From Chthonomonadales bacterium (lineage in GTDB: Bacteria > Armatimonadota > Chthonomonadetes > Chthonomonadales > Chthonomonadaceae), in NCBI GenBank assembly GCA_038217285.1, contig JBBQPO010000002.1, positions 1 to 64,000 on the forward strand: 64,000 nucleotides of DNA, written 5' to 3'. Under the pieces are notes generated by a model. The model worked only from the letters and a program-made list of their open reading frames with translations, searched no databases and had not been told where the DNA came from. How positions within the stretch are numbered: the first letter of the stretch is position 1; each line of letters opens with the position of its first letter. Below, piece by piece: positions 1-9,904 of this stretch. Both the position numbers and the translations under genes were made by a program.

Positions 1-435
1 CCGTATGCCGTCGCTGCCGTCGCTCTGGCCCCCCGTCAGCACTACGCCAATAGCATTTTCGCCATAGATAGCGGCCACCGAGAGAAAGAGTGGATCGGCA
101 GCGGGGCGCGTGAAATGGACTTTTGCGGCGGAAGAGAGTAACAGGATCCCGCCTTCGGACACGAGCAGATGCAGATCCGGAGGCGCAGTAAAGACCAGGC
201 CGGGCGCAAGCAGGTCTCCTTCTTGTGCTGTCTTGACTGTTATTTCGGTAACGCCCTGGAGAATGGTCGCTAATCGGCTTGACCTATGCGGGCCTATGTG
301 GAGAACGACGACAATGGCGGCAGGGAAGTCATCAGGAAGCAGAGTCAGGATAGCGCCTATGGCCGCTAACCCTCCTTGTGAGGCGGCTATGGCAACTACG
401 GGAAGTTGATGAGGCATAGGAGGGAGCGAGGTCAT
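1..435 (-). CDS. cheB: Stand-alone CheB-type methylesterase (3' end outside window)
   Basis: Not in the ORF track. Manual minus-strand translation gives MTSLPPMPHQLPVVAIAASQGGLAAIGAILTLLPDDFPAAIVVVLHIGP...HFTRPAADPLF...GVVLTGGQSDGSDG, with the CheB Ser/His/Asp motifs. Confidence 0.85.
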   Translation of the reverse strand, partial: MTSLPPMPHQLPVVAIAASQGGLAAIGAILTLLPDDFPAAIVVVLHIGPHRSSRLATILQGVTEITVKTAQEGDLLAPGLVFTAPPDLHLLVSEGGILLLSSAAKVHFTRPAADPLFLSVAAIYGENAIGVVLTGGQSDGSDGIR

Positions 436-540
436 ATGTAGACTATTCTCTGCTTACCTTTATAAGTCCTCTTAATAGCTTGTTGCGCTTGCTTCGGGTA
501 TACTGTACTACTCTCAAACGAACAATTCAGCACCCTACTA

Positions 541-630
541 AGCGGCCAACCACTGAAGGTTCGTAATTTCTGCGAGCGCAGTGAGATCAGCGCACGCGAG
601 ATTTCTACGAGCGTTGACCGAACGGCTACT
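541..630. mobile_element. ~90-bp MITE-like element flanked by TA (cTA...TAg)
   Basis: Ends AGCGGCC...GGCTACT; TA at 539-540 and 631-632. Internal TTCGTA..GAGATCA..TTCTACGA blocks resemble the 6694/8508 element. It supplies the stop codon of the GH32 ORF. Confidence 0.55.
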
Positions 631-2227
631 TAGCACCCCTATTGCTAATGCCTGGAATGCTCGTTTGTTGGCGTAGTGAAGGATGTCGGCGAGCCTCAGC
701 ACCCCTTTCGATGTTAGGAAGAGGCTGGGGGCATTGAAAGCTCGCCCCAGACTGTAACCGGTAGATCGTGGGGCGATTTACGGCACAGCGTCCTCCAATG
801 ACATAGAACCCCGTTCGGTTCTGACCCGAAGCGACCTGTGCCCGTCCGGCAAGCGAGAAGCGGTCCGCTAAGAAGGCCTCGACAATGTCGCCGTCTACAA
901 AGACCCGCAATTTCAATGGGGTGTTAAGCGGCACATGAATGGCCGTCTCCGCTAGGGAACGATTCGGATCGCCATGTCGCCGTAAGAACAAGCGCTGCTT
1001 TCTGAGGTCGAGGGCGACCTCATAGCCGCCGAACCCCGCCGTGCCAGTGCGAAAGACCAGACCGACTTCCACGCACTTCCTGGACGGCAGCAGGGTCGCT
1101 TCGACTTCATATCGGTCTCGCGTCCCCGGCAGCCAGAACTCCCCACTGGCACTTCCCTCCGCTAACTCCAGTCCTGCCCGACGACGCTTCCAGTCTCCCC
1201 GCACGATCTCGCATTCCGCAGGATGAGGACGAAAGGTTCCTGTGCGCAAGGTAAGAAACTCCCTGGGCAAGCGCAGGTACAGGTCGCCTCCTGCGTCGCG
1301 GTAGAGTTCCCGTGGGAAGGCCAAGTGTCCGCCCCATTCATAGGGAGCGAAATCCTGCTTTCCTTTGTACGTCGGGATCCATCCGAAAAAAAGACGTCGC
1401 TTGCCCGCCTGTCCGGTATTGGGAGCCATCAATTCCGTTCCATCCAGCGTGTTCCGTACCGGCGTTCGCCAGGGTCCCTCCAGACGGTCTGCCACCCGAT
1501 AACGACCCTGCCCCACGCGATCTATTCCCCAGCTGCCGAGCAAATAATAGAGGTTTCCCAGTTTGAAGAGGTCGGGACACTCCGGTATCCCGATGTTACC
1601 GGGATCGTACAGAGATTTGAGGGGAGACCAGTGGAGCAGATCGGTGGAGGTACTCTTCAGGTAACGGCCGGCGCGATCCGATGCAACCCCTTGCCGGTGT
1701 TTCCCGGCGACGACTAGCCAATACTGTCCCGTCGCCTCCTCCCAGAAAATGACGGGATCGCGTATCTCGGGTATGGTGTGCGGATAAGGAACGACGGGGT
1801 TGTGGCGGTAGGGCGACCAAACTTTCCCGTCGCTGGAGGTAGCAAGGTCAAAACCCGCCGTGCCATTATAAAAACTGTAGAGGATGCCGCCAACACGCAG
1901 GTTTGCGATAGCCCACCAGGTACGCTGAGAATCCGTGTGCGTGATCGGCTGTGGAGACCAGTGGAGGAGGTCTGTACTGACGATTTCGGCAGAGTGTAAA
2001 TTATCCAGATCATGGCGGAGAGGCTCTTGCGGGATTTGAAGATAGTAGACATGCCACTGCCCTCCCCAGAAAACAGGATGGGCATCGCCAAGCCAGCCCT
2101 CGGAGGGGCGATAATGCAGTTGTGGCTGCAAATCGTCCGCCTGCGCCGTCTGCGCCCCACTGTATGCGAGGAGAAACAGCAGGAGTAGTCTGACGCGAAG
2201 GAAACGTCGAAGTCGGGGGCGAGACAT
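626..2227 (-). CDS. Glycoside hydrolase family 32 (beta-fructofuranosidase-like), secreted
   Basis: Signal peptide; WLGDAHP (WMNDPN-like), RDP and ECP catalytic motifs; C-terminal beta-sandwich (LRVFVDGDIVEAF). Confidence 0.9.
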   Translation of the reverse strand: MSRPRLRRFLRVRLLLLFLLAYSGAQTAQADDLQPQLHYRPSEGWLGDAHPVFWGGQWHVYYLQIPQEPLRHDLDNLHSAEIVSTDLLHWSPQPITHTDSQRTWWAIANLRVGGILYSFYNGTAGFDLATSSDGKVWSPYRHNPVVPYPHTIPEIRDPVIFWEEATGQYWLVVAGKHRQGVASDRAGRYLKSTSTDLLHWSPLKSLYDPGNIGIPECPDLFKLGNLYYLLGSWGIDRVGQGRYRVADRLEGPWRTPVRNTLDGTELMAPNTGQAGKRRLFFGWIPTYKGKQDFAPYEWGGHLAFPRELYRDAGGDLYLRLPREFLTLRTGTFRPHPAECEIVRGDWKRRRAGLELAEGSASGEFWLPGTRDRYEVEATLLPSRKCVEVGLVFRTGTAGFGGYEVALDLRKQRLFLRRHGDPNRSLAETAIHVPLNTPLKLRVFVDGDIVEAFLADRFSLAGRAQVASGQNRTGFYVIGGRCAVNRPTIYRLQSGASFQCPQPLPNIERGAEARRHPSLRQQTSIPGISNRGAK

Positions 2228-2553
2228 TTAACGAGCTGCTTTCTTCCGTTTTTCTGTGCAGCCTGAAAGTTTGAAACCTTCGATTGTGCGACTGCCGCTG
2301 ATGATAAGTGAGTTGGCTTCCTGATGAAAATGCTATCTTACGCGTTTTGTTCGTTTTCCAAGCCATTGTTCGGCATACAGCCGCAGACACTTTGTGAATG
2401 CGATGGTGTGTCACCAGGAGGTGACGTGCGGGTAGCCCTATTCATATTCTCCACTGCGCATGGCGGTGGCGCCCGGTGCGTCGACCTTTTGAATGAGCAT
2501 ATCGGCGTTGCTCTCCGGGGCAGTAAGGTGATCCCGGATCAGGGCCAACCACC

Positions 2554-2634
2554 TTAAACCATTGTCCGAATTCCTGGGTCATTATACGCCTGCCCAGCCC
2601 CGATGATAAGAACGTCGTATGCGTCATTTTCCAT
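2554..2634 (-). pseudogene. N-terminal stub of an FAD-dependent disulfide oxidoreductase (MerA/Lpd-like)
   Basis: MENDAYDVLIIGAGQA directly after the cytochrome gene with an RBS; similarity ends after the Rossmann motif and a stop follows. Confidence 0.55.
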
Positions 2635-2661
2635 CTGGCGTCTGACCCTTCTGTACTGTTG

Positions 2662-3408
2662 TTACTGCCTTGATATGAGGAAGGAAGCGAGCGCTTTCAG
2701 TTCATCTGGCTTCAGTTTCGCGAAACCTGGCATCAGGGAACCCGGCGTCATCTTATCGGGCTGCCTGAGGTGAGCCGTCTGCCAGGCCATATCAGGATGC
2801 CTCGGGCCCTCATGTGTCAGTTCCGGACCCATTGTGCCGCCCTGACCGTTGAGCTTATGGCAGGAGATGCAGTTATTGCCTCGGAACAGCTTCTGTCCCG
2901 CCGCGATCAGCTGCGTATCGATCGGCTGCTTTCGAGCGGTTGCCAGTGGGTTTGGAGATTCGCTGTGTCTCTGCTCAAGCGCCTGCGCCTGGCTTGCGAA
3001 GACCATCTTGCCGCCGAGGTATCCCGTAAAGCCGACGACGCCTGCGATGCTCAGGATGAGAAACAGCGAGACCGCCAGCGCACCGCCTGTCATTTGGTCC
3101 TTCTTCCGCAAACGCATGAGAAGCAGAACGACGGCCAGCCCCACCGTAGTGAAGGCAGCAGCGCGGTGCCAGACAAACACCGAGGGCGCGCGTCTGGCAC
3201 CAAATATGTGGTTGCCCGTGAACCAGCCGGTAAGCAGCGTAGGCACAGCCATCACTACAGCCGCGACTAAGAGCCATAAACTGACGATCCGTCCCGCCGG
3301 TTTCCGCAGGACGGCGGCCGCGATCTCGAAGACGGCAGCCGTGATGAGCAGTGCGACCGGGAAATGGGTCAGCGCGCCGTGCATCTCCGGCCATGATATG
3401 CCAAACAT
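2662..3408 (-). CDS. DUF2231-like membrane domain fused to cytochrome c
   Basis: HGALTHFPVAL start, four TM helices, CISCH heme motif, distal Met (GSLMP). Confidence 0.85.
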   Translation of the reverse strand: MFGISWPEMHGALTHFPVALLITAAVFEIAAAVLRKPAGRIVSLWLLVAAVVMAVPTLLTGWFTGNHIFGARRAPSVFVWHRAAAFTTVGLAVVLLLMRLRKKDQMTGGALAVSLFLILSIAGVVGFTGYLGGKMVFASQAQALEQRHSESPNPLATARKQPIDTQLIAAGQKLFRGNNCISCHKLNGQGGTMGPELTHEGPRHPDMAWQTAHLRQPDKMTPGSLMPGFAKLKPDELKALASFLISRQ

Positions 3409-3474
3409 CTGTTCAGCTTCCCGTCTTGCTAAGATTCAAGGCGAGGCCAAACCGATGGCCCCGCCCTGAATCGA

Positions 3475-3921
3475 TTACATCTTGCCGCCCATTTTGCTCT
3501 TCATCTTGCCGCCCATGTGGCTCTTCATCATTTTCATCACCTCTTCGGAGGACATCCCCTTGACGGTAGCGGCATCTACGCCCTTCACGCGACCCTCTCC
3601 TACGTCCCAGCCGCCCTTACACTCGCGGCAGACCCCCTTACCCATGGCGACCATCTTGCCACAGGGACAGGAGGCCATGTGCACGGCACAGAACTCGCAG
3701 GGTGGGTTGATACAGCAGGTGTACTTTCCTTTTTTGGCCGCCGCCTGCGACACTTTCTGCATCTCGTTGTGCAGTTTCTGCGCGCCGGGCGCGACTTTCA
3801 TGTAAGGGTGGCCCATTGGCGGCGGCGCTTTCGCTGTCTGCCATGCGATGGCTCCCACCGCGCTCAATGCCAAGCCAACTGTCACCAGGCTGACATATAT
3901 GGGTTTTCTCATTTTGTTCAT
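3475..3921 (-). CDS. Secreted Cys/Met-rich small protein, putative metal binding
   Basis: Signal peptide; CCINPPCEFC..CPC..CREC; Met/Lys/Gly-rich tail. Start moved to ATG 3921. Confidence 0.7.
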   Translation of the reverse strand: MNKMRKPIYVSLVTVGLALSAVGAIAWQTAKAPPPMGHPYMKVAPGAQKLHNEMQKVSQAAAKKGKYTCCINPPCEFCAVHMASCPCGKMVAMGKGVCRECKGGWDVGEGRVKGVDAATVKGMSSEEVMKMMKSHMGGKMKSKMGGKM

Positions 3922-3991
3922 CCTCGTTTCTCCTCGCCATATCTGAGATATGGCAGCCCTGGGTCTCTTGTGAGGCCCAGTCATCGATGCC

Positions 3992-4489
3992 CTACGCAAC
4001 GCTGTCACGTTCTAAGATGCCGCCCTGCGTTAGCCGACTCGCTTGTGATCCCGCCACGGCGCCAAGTACCGCTCCATAGAGAAGATGCCCTATCAGCGTT
4101 CCCATCATGAACAGGAATGGCTGAGGGGTATTGCCGGCAAAGAAGCCCTTGCCCATCATTGGCATCACCATTACCATCATCAGTAGCCACAGGATAAATC
4201 CCCACGCCAGTCCTCTTGCCCAGGGCTTACCCGGGAGCAACCCGTATATCACATAGGCGTAGAGGAGCGGAAATAGCAGAGTTCCCATCATGAAGTGGGC
4301 GACCATCCCGAGCCACCACGGGCCGCTTTGCACGGCAGGCATCTGACCGCCGTGCATCAACGAGCCAAGCATGGCGGCGATATCCATATGGGGCATTCCC
4401 ATGAGAGGAGCCATGTAGATCAGCATCGTCATGACGAGCGTGGCGATAAAGCCCGCGCCAATCGCTCGTCCAGTGTTCACTTCTTTCAT
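3992..4489 (-). CDS. Met-rich four-TM membrane protein (DUF6789/DUF2938-like)
   Basis: AGFIATLVMT, HFMMG and GHLLYG motifs; hydrophobic helices. Confidence 0.7.
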   Translation of the reverse strand: MKEVNTGRAIGAGFIATLVMTMLIYMAPLMGMPHMDIAAMLGSLMHGGQMPAVQSGPWWLGMVAHFMMGTLLFPLLYAYVIYGLLPGKPWARGLAWGFILWLLMMVMVMPMMGKGFFAGNTPQPFLFMMGTLIGHLLYGAVLGAVAGSQASRLTQGGILERDSVA

Positions 4490-4559
4490 ATTTTACGTTG
4501 CCTTTTGCACGCCGGAAGCGCCGGAAGACTCCATCGCCGGCTGGCGCTTTCGGATGCTG

Positions 4560-5234
4560 TCACTGCATTTTCATCGCATGGTCTGGGTCCGCAGTTTGAC
4601 CTATGGGGACCGAGAACTGGAAACTCTGCGTGTAGGGAGGAGCCTCGCCTTTCATGAAGGCCATTGCCGCCATACCATAGAACTTGCGCGCCTCGCTCAC
4701 GTTGCGCTTGCCGGTCACAATGTCGTTCGCCAGATTGAGGGCGAGCATATTCATTTCCTCTTTGTCACATCGGGCGGAGATCTCTCCCTTCGTGCGCTCA
4801 CAGATCACACTGCCGTCATACTTGGCGAGATCGCTGAACTTGCCGGTCGGAACACGGTAGTCGATGAACTGTTGCAAGAAGTCGGTATGATGCTTCGGAA
4901 ACTCGTGTGGGATCTCGTCTCGGAAGAGGATGGTGCGCTTCCAGGGGCCGTTGTTGTACCAGGTAAGTGTGGAAGCCGTTGCTTCGTTGGGTCCGCCGTA
5001 CTTCGACATCAGCTTCATCGCGGCGTCTTTGGGGTTGTCCGGCCAGCTGGCCAGCATGCCCGTAACCTTCGCTACGTCCATTGGGGCTTGTCGCGGCGAC
5101 GCGTCCGGGAGGCTTGCCAGCCGAACCGATTGTCGCTGCGCGTACGCCTGGGAGTAGTGCAATACTGGAGTGCCGATCAAGGCCAAGGCAGCCAGGCTGG
5201 CTATCCCGGCAAAGCCCATTCGCGCATTCGTCAT
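4560..5234 (-). CDS. Secreted hypothetical protein
   Basis: AAAGGAG RBS before ATG 5234; signal peptide; globular body (KYGGPNE, HEFPKHHTDFL). Confidence 0.7.
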   Translation of the reverse strand: MTNARMGFAGIASLAALALIGTPVLHYSQAYAQRQSVRLASLPDASPRQAPMDVAKVTGMLASWPDNPKDAAMKLMSKYGGPNEATASTLTWYNNGPWKRTILFRDEIPHEFPKHHTDFLQQFIDYRVPTGKFSDLAKYDGSVICERTKGEISARCDKEEMNMLALNLANDIVTGKRNVSEARKFYGMAAMAFMKGEAPPYTQSFQFSVPIGQTADPDHAMKMQ

Positions 5235-5366
5235 GGAATGCTCCTTTCGTGGAAACGCGGTCGGACGGAGTAACGTCCGAAGTGACCATTCTCCAGAATA
5301 CAAATATATGTGAGCTTGGGCTGGATAGGTAAAAGACTGTCCACGTCTTGTGTAATGTTCCGTCCG

Positions 5367-5388
5367 TTGTGTGATGTCAGTCACACAA
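5367..5388. promoter_or_regulatory. Crp/Fnr-type operator
   Basis: Perfect palindrome TTGTGTGA-N6-TCACACAA containing the TGTGA-N6-TCACA consensus, between the Crp-family gene and the divergent operon. Confidence 0.85.
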
Positions 5389-5452
5389 TAGGGAACTCTT
5401 TTCCCGAGTGGGCCGTTTTATCGTGTGTAATCGGAATGGGGGAGAGCAGGTC

Positions 5453-6163
5453 ATGGATATGCATCGTATGCTGCTACTGCGACTGGGGATCTTAGAATCG
5501 TTGAATGAGGAACAGATCAGCGCCATGAAAGAGGTGATCACGACGCGTCGAATGTCGGCGAGCGAGACACTTTTTGTCCAGGGAGAGCGCTGTGAGCATT
5601 TGCACGTGGTGCAGGATGGATCCTTGCAACTGGTGACCGAGCAACATGGAGGGCGGCACATCCTGGAGACCGTCGGGACGGGGTCTGTTTTAGGCGAGGT
5701 GGGCGTCTTTCTGGCGATGGCGTATCCGTGCACTGCAGTCGCTTCCGAAGAGTGCTTGATCGCCTCTCTGGGCCAAAACGACCTGCGCCATCTTTCGGGA
5801 AGCGTGCCTGGCCTCTGCTGGCAGTTGCTGCGGCTGCTATCGCAACGACTTGTCGGGATGCAGGTGCGCGTGCAGGCCCTTTCCAGTCCGGATGTACGGG
5901 TGCGCGTGGGAGCGGTGTTGCTGCAGATGGCGCAGGAGAACGCCCGCACTCTGCGCGATGGCTCGGTCATCCTGCGTGGTCGGCAGGCAGAGATCGCCCA
6001 GATGGCGGCTGTCGCCCGTGAGACAGTCTCACGACTGCTCACGCAATGGAGTCAGGGAGGGTTACTTATAGTTGGGCGTGGGCGCGTGACCATTCTGGAC
6101 GTGGCCGCATTTCAGGCGATGGTAGAAAACCTGACGGCGAGGGGGGATCAGCCTCCGCGCTGA
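5453..6163 (+). CDS. Crp/Fnr family transcriptional regulator
   Basis: cNMP-binding fold (LFVQGE, GEVG); HTH with QAEIAQMAAVARETVSR. Confidence 0.9.
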   Translation: MDMHRMLLLRLGILESLNEEQISAMKEVITTRRMSASETLFVQGERCEHLHVVQDGSLQLVTEQHGGRHILETVGTGSVLGEVGVFLAMAYPCTAVASEECLIASLGQNDLRHLSGSVPGLCWQLLRLLSQRLVGMQVRVQALSSPDVRVRVGAVLLQMAQENARTLRDGSVILRGRQAEIAQMAAVARETVSRLLTQWSQGGLLIVGRGRVTILDVAAFQAMVENLTARGDQPPR

Positions 6164-6213
6164 TACTGCTTTCTCGAAGTGAAGAGATGTTTTGTAAAGT
6201 GTCTCCAACGCCC

Positions 6214-6245
6214 TTGACTTTCCAGCTAACTGGAGGGTGCATACT
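6214..6245 (+). promoter_or_regulatory. MerR-type promoter/operator
   Basis: TTGACT-20bp-CATACT with the dyad ACTTTCCAG-CTAA-CTGGAGGGT over the spacer. ATG is 7 nt after the -10 box, so the mRNA may be leaderless. Confidence 0.75.
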
Positions 6246-6549
6246 ATACGTGATGGATACGACAGACGACAAAACAGCGTTCAAAATAAGCGAACTCGCG
6301 AAAAGACTCGGCCTTAATGTCCGAACGCTTCGCTGCTACGAGTCGATCGGTTTTCTAAGAAACCCGCCGCGTAGTGAGGAAGGCTATCGGATCTACACGG
6401 CATCGGATGAAGAGCGCCTCTGTTTTGTCCTTCGAGCAAAGCGGGTAGGTTTTAGCCTGGTCGAGATCCGAGAGATCATTCGGCTCAGCCAGCACGGCAA
6501 GGCGTGTGACTAAGTAAGAGACACCCTGCCTCGCTACATAGAAGCGCTA

Positions 6550-6691
6550 GCAGTTTGTCGGAGAGAAACTTGTCTACTCTGATTTAACCCGCTTTTCGCG
6601 ATCATTTGGGCCAAAATCGCGGGTGTTATTCCATGTTGGCCCCTAAAATAGGCGGATTTAGGGCATCCAACAGTTCTCTCCGACAAGCTGC
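6550..6691. mobile_element. 142-bp MITE, TA duplication
   Basis: TIRs GCAGTTTGTCGGAGAGAA / TTCTCTCCGACAAGCTGC; TA at 6548-6549 and 6692-6693. Confidence 0.8.
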
Positions 6692-6693
6692 TA

Positions 6694-6774
6694 AGTGGTA
6701 GCTCATAGTTCCTTCGTAGAAAATCGAGGTGCTTTGATCTCGTAAAACCTACGAACGAAATGCAATTGGCTACT
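6694..6774. mobile_element. 81-bp MITE, copy 1
   Basis: Reverse complement of 8508-8588 with one mismatch; TA-flanked; interrupts merR. Confidence 0.85.
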
Positions 6775-6977
6775 TAGAGGCGAAGATTGCCGAGCTCGCG
6801 ACCGTGAGGGCCGAACTCTCCAGCCTGAGATCGGATTGGCAAACGCCTGACACGGATTGTACTGCTGAAGCGAGGCTATGTGTGCTTATCGAAGAATGGT
6901 CGTCTGGGAATCCGTTCTAGCCCCTTCGCTCTCGTTGCGGTCGCGATCACAGTGATGCCTGCTCTGCGGCGGTTGCC

Positions 6978-7301
6978 TTACGCGCCTGACATATTCCGAC
7001 ACGTCTGCGCGCATCGGCGACAGGCTTCGGCGCATCGGCGACACTCCGGATCCTGATACTTCTCACACTCGGTTGCGCAGGCGTCGCAAATCGCCGCACA
7101 GGCCGAGCAGACCGGCGCGCAGACTGGGGATGTTCGGCTGCACGAGGCGGCGCATGTCCAACAGATGCTGGTGCATTCCACGCAGAGCCTGGCGCAGTCT
7201 GCCATTTGAGAGTTGTCCAGGCAGTTGTTGAGGCATACACCGCACGCTTCCGCGCATGCAACACATGCGTCGAGACAGGATTTATGCTCGTTCGTATTCA
7301 T
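6978..7301 (-). CDS. Four-helix-bundle copper storage protein (DUF326/Csp3-like)
   Basis: Repeated CxxxCxxC pattern, about 20 Cys, no signal peptide. Confidence 0.9.
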   Translation of the reverse strand: MNTNEHKSCLDACVACAEACGVCLNNCLDNSQMADCARLCVECTSICWTCAASCSRTSPVCAPVCSACAAICDACATECEKYQDPECRRCAEACRRCAQTCRNMSGA

Positions 7302-7452
7302 TGTCGTGTTTTCTCCCTCCATATCCATGCTGGATAGTCCGAGTACGCATTTCAGTTATATTTAGTTTTAGCTCGTCCGCTATCCGAAGAGGTAGGAGTT
7401 GACGAGTGTTGTCAAGCAGAGGGTCGGGTCAATATCCTGTCCGTAAAGCATC

Positions 7453-7898
7453 ATGCTGAAATTGCTGGCATGGAGGAGCATCCGGCCCGTGCCGACGCAC
7501 GGATCACAGACGGTCATCACGCGCGTATCTCCATCGGTTGCGCCTATGGTCATCTACTACCCTGTCGGCAAGCGCTGGTGGGTGAAGCTGCATGAGAAGG
7601 TTGGCAAGTTCCACGAGGTTCTGGTCCATCACACCTCAGAGGCGTATCCGGACGCCTACCTGGACGCGGCCAGTCTCCGGGGCGCGCGAAATCGCCGCTG
7701 GGATGTAATATTCTCCTGACAGAAGGAGGCATGTCGGCACTGCGGATGATTGAGCGTCGGGCGGAAACCGCTGGACTGCCGGCCTCGACTTGCTGCCACA
7801 CCTTCCGGGCAACGGGAATCACAGCCTATCTTGAAAACGGCGGCACGGTGAAGAACGCGCAGGCGATCGCAGCGCACGAGTTACCCAGGACCACGAAG
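7453..7898 (+). pseudogene. Tyrosine recombinase C-terminal remnant
   Basis: WWVKLHEK.GKFHE, CHTFRATGITAYL (HxxR), AAHE.PRTTK; frameshifted and cut just before the catalytic Tyr. Confidence 0.8.
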
Positions 7899-8779
7899 GA
7901 GGTACGTGCGCTCGTTGCTGGGACCTTTCGTCGCTGGTCCACAGGACTTGTGCCTGCCAGCTTGGCTGATCCTGAGACGGTAGATCAACTGGTTATACTA
8001 ATCGATACCGATCCTAGTATCTACCTTCCTATCTTGCGCCGCCTGGTCGAACACGCCCCGGAGGACCAAGTGCTTGCGATCACCGATGACGTGTTCATGG
8101 GCAGGATAGGAGCGCGACGAAACCTGGTATGGCTGGCAGACCGCTTAGCAGCTTTTCCTGAGTATTTCGATGACGCTGAAGTGATTCTTCGACGGCTTGC
8201 ACTCGCTGAGACAGAGCCGAACATTGGCAACAATGCCACTGCTATATGGCAGCGGCTTTACCATATCGTGCTCTCCGGTACCGCCGTAGGGTTTGCGGAG
8301 CGTTTGGAGCGCCTCCTCCTCTTCCTCCATAGTGATCGGGAACCGGTAGTTGATCTCGCCATCGCCACTGTCGCGGGAATACTTGACTCGCACTCTATGC
8401 GCATCATAGGTCCTGCCGTGGTCGCTGGGCGTATCCCTCCTGAGGAATGGCGCCCGCGCACCAATGTGGAATTTCACCAATGTTACGCATCTGTCCTTTC
8501 GGTTCTAAGTAGCCAATTGCATTTCGTTCGTAGGTTTTACGAGATCAAAGCACCTCGATTTTCTACGAAGGAACTATGAGATACCACTTAGCGGAGCTAA
8601 CCCTAGGTACCGATCTGCGTATTCAGCGCCAAGCGGTTGCGATTGCCATTGAGTACTTACGTACGTTTCTGTCGGCTGGCTACGTCGCGGGAGCGCAGGC
8701 CATGTTTGATCCCGCCAGGCTGTCGGATGCCGCCCTGGCTTACTTCTTCCATATCGTAAGAGACGATCGACGTATATAG
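7899..8779 (+). pseudogene. Internal fragment of a large alpha-helical protein, split by a MITE
   Basis: Fused in frame to the integrase remnant. Removing the 8508-8588 element plus one TA joins ..SVLSVL to AELTLGTD.. Confidence 0.6.
8508..8588. mobile_element. 81-bp MITE, copy 2 (inverted relative to copy 1)
   Basis: cTA[AGTAGCC...TACCACT]TAg; near-identical to 6694-6774. Confidence 0.85.
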
Positions 8780-9809
8780 CAAAGACCTTCCCGAAGAAGC
8801 TTTGGAATTTCTTTTGCTCGTCAGGGGACAGTGCATCGAAGACCAGCCAGTATATGCCGTCAGTAAAGAACTTGCGATGGAAGCCTCTATCAAAACAGAG
8901 ATACACTTTGGGTTCCACCTCGATGAAGGGATACCGGCGTAATATCGAAAAGTCGTAGCGGACTGATTGAATGGGCTCCGTAATGGCTTTGTCTTGTAAT
9001 GTTGCGATAGTACATGAAATGATCGATAGCACTCGTTTAAAGCTCGCTTGCGGGTAGGTATTTCCCTCGCCAATCAAGCTTGCGCTAAACACCAACGCAT
9101 CCAAGGGATTTTCACCCGCAGGATCAAAGCTTTCGAGCTTCGATAGCAAAAAGTACAACCCATGCAAGAAATGCTCCAAGCTGACGTCATAGAACGCTTG
9201 GAATCTCGTCGCAATAGGCACAAAGTCTTTTTCCGTTTGCAGTTCCGTCAGGCTAGGGATGTCCAACCAGAGGTCATATGATCGTCCGACCAACTTGCAG
9301 GTTTCTTCATCAGACGGTAACTCCATGACAGGGATCATGGAACTTGCAAGATCAAGCAGGGCTTCATCAGGGCGATGCTCTTCGGCTCGGCTTCCTGCCA
9401 AGTCATTTGCCATCAGGCAGGCTTCCGCGAATAGATGCTGGGCATCAGTATCCCATTGGCGTCCACGCTTACGCGGACATGACATCAAGGCTAATCGTAG
9501 GATGAGCAGCATCTGCTGCCGGTGGAACACTACCGTGTTGATGTTGCGGGCAAACTCGTTGGTTCTCAATTGTTGCTTTAGATCATCACCGAAGAGCTGG
9601 TTGATCAGCATGAGCTGAAGCTGCCTCATCTGGGTTTTGTCGACTTGCGGACGCACGAAGCAGTTGTTCAACGTAGCCACGATACGGAGGACGCCATGAA
9701 TATTCAGTTGGCTGAGGAGATGGATCACCTCCGCGATGTTCACGCGCTCTCCCGTGACTTCCTCGTACGTGATGAACCTGCCGATGTGTGGGAGAGAAAT
9801 GTTTGACAT
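8574..9809 (-). CDS. Hypothetical protein, probably C-terminally truncated near 8760
   Basis: AAGGA RBS and ATG 9809. Globular to ..FGKVFAIYVDRLL, then runs antisense through the plus-strand remnant. Confidence 0.6.
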   Translation of the reverse strand: MSNISLPHIGRFITYEEVTGERVNIAEVIHLLSQLNIHGVLRIVATLNNCFVRPQVDKTQMRQLQLMLINQLFGDDLKQQLRTNEFARNINTVVFHRQQMLLILRLALMSCPRKRGRQWDTDAQHLFAEACLMANDLAGSRAEEHRPDEALLDLASSMIPVMELPSDEETCKLVGRSYDLWLDIPSLTELQTEKDFVPIATRFQAFYDVSLEHFLHGLYFLLSKLESFDPAGENPLDALVFSASLIGEGNTYPQASFKRVLSIISCTIATLQDKAITEPIQSVRYDFSILRRYPFIEVEPKVYLCFDRGFHRKFFTDGIYWLVFDALSPDEQKKFQSFFGKVFAIYVDRLLRYGRSKPGRHPTAWRDQTWPALPRRSQPTETYVSTQWQSQPLGAEYADRYLGLAPLSGIS

Positions 9810-9904
9810 GGCTTTCCTTGATACTGCGTTGCATAAGCACCGATTATCTGGAATTGGCGACGGCGAATCCAGCGACGTGAAAGCGATGGCCCACGGGAAA
9901 ATCG

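Larger units (their letters stand above)
6253..6920 (+). pseudogene. MerR-family metal-responsive regulator (CueR/ZntR-like), broken by a TAA and two MITEs
   Basis: FKISELAKRLGLNVRTLRCYE HTH; stop at 6511-6513. Removing 6550-6776 restores ..YIEALEAKIAEL..DCTAEARLCVLIEEW. Confidence 0.85.

Noticed and set aside
110-409. Plus-strand 99-aa ORF
   Set aside because: Antisense to the cheB-like gene.
7731-8579. Functional integrase fusion protein as the element's integrase
   Set aside because: Lacks the N-terminal part and the catalytic Tyr; a deletion chimera.
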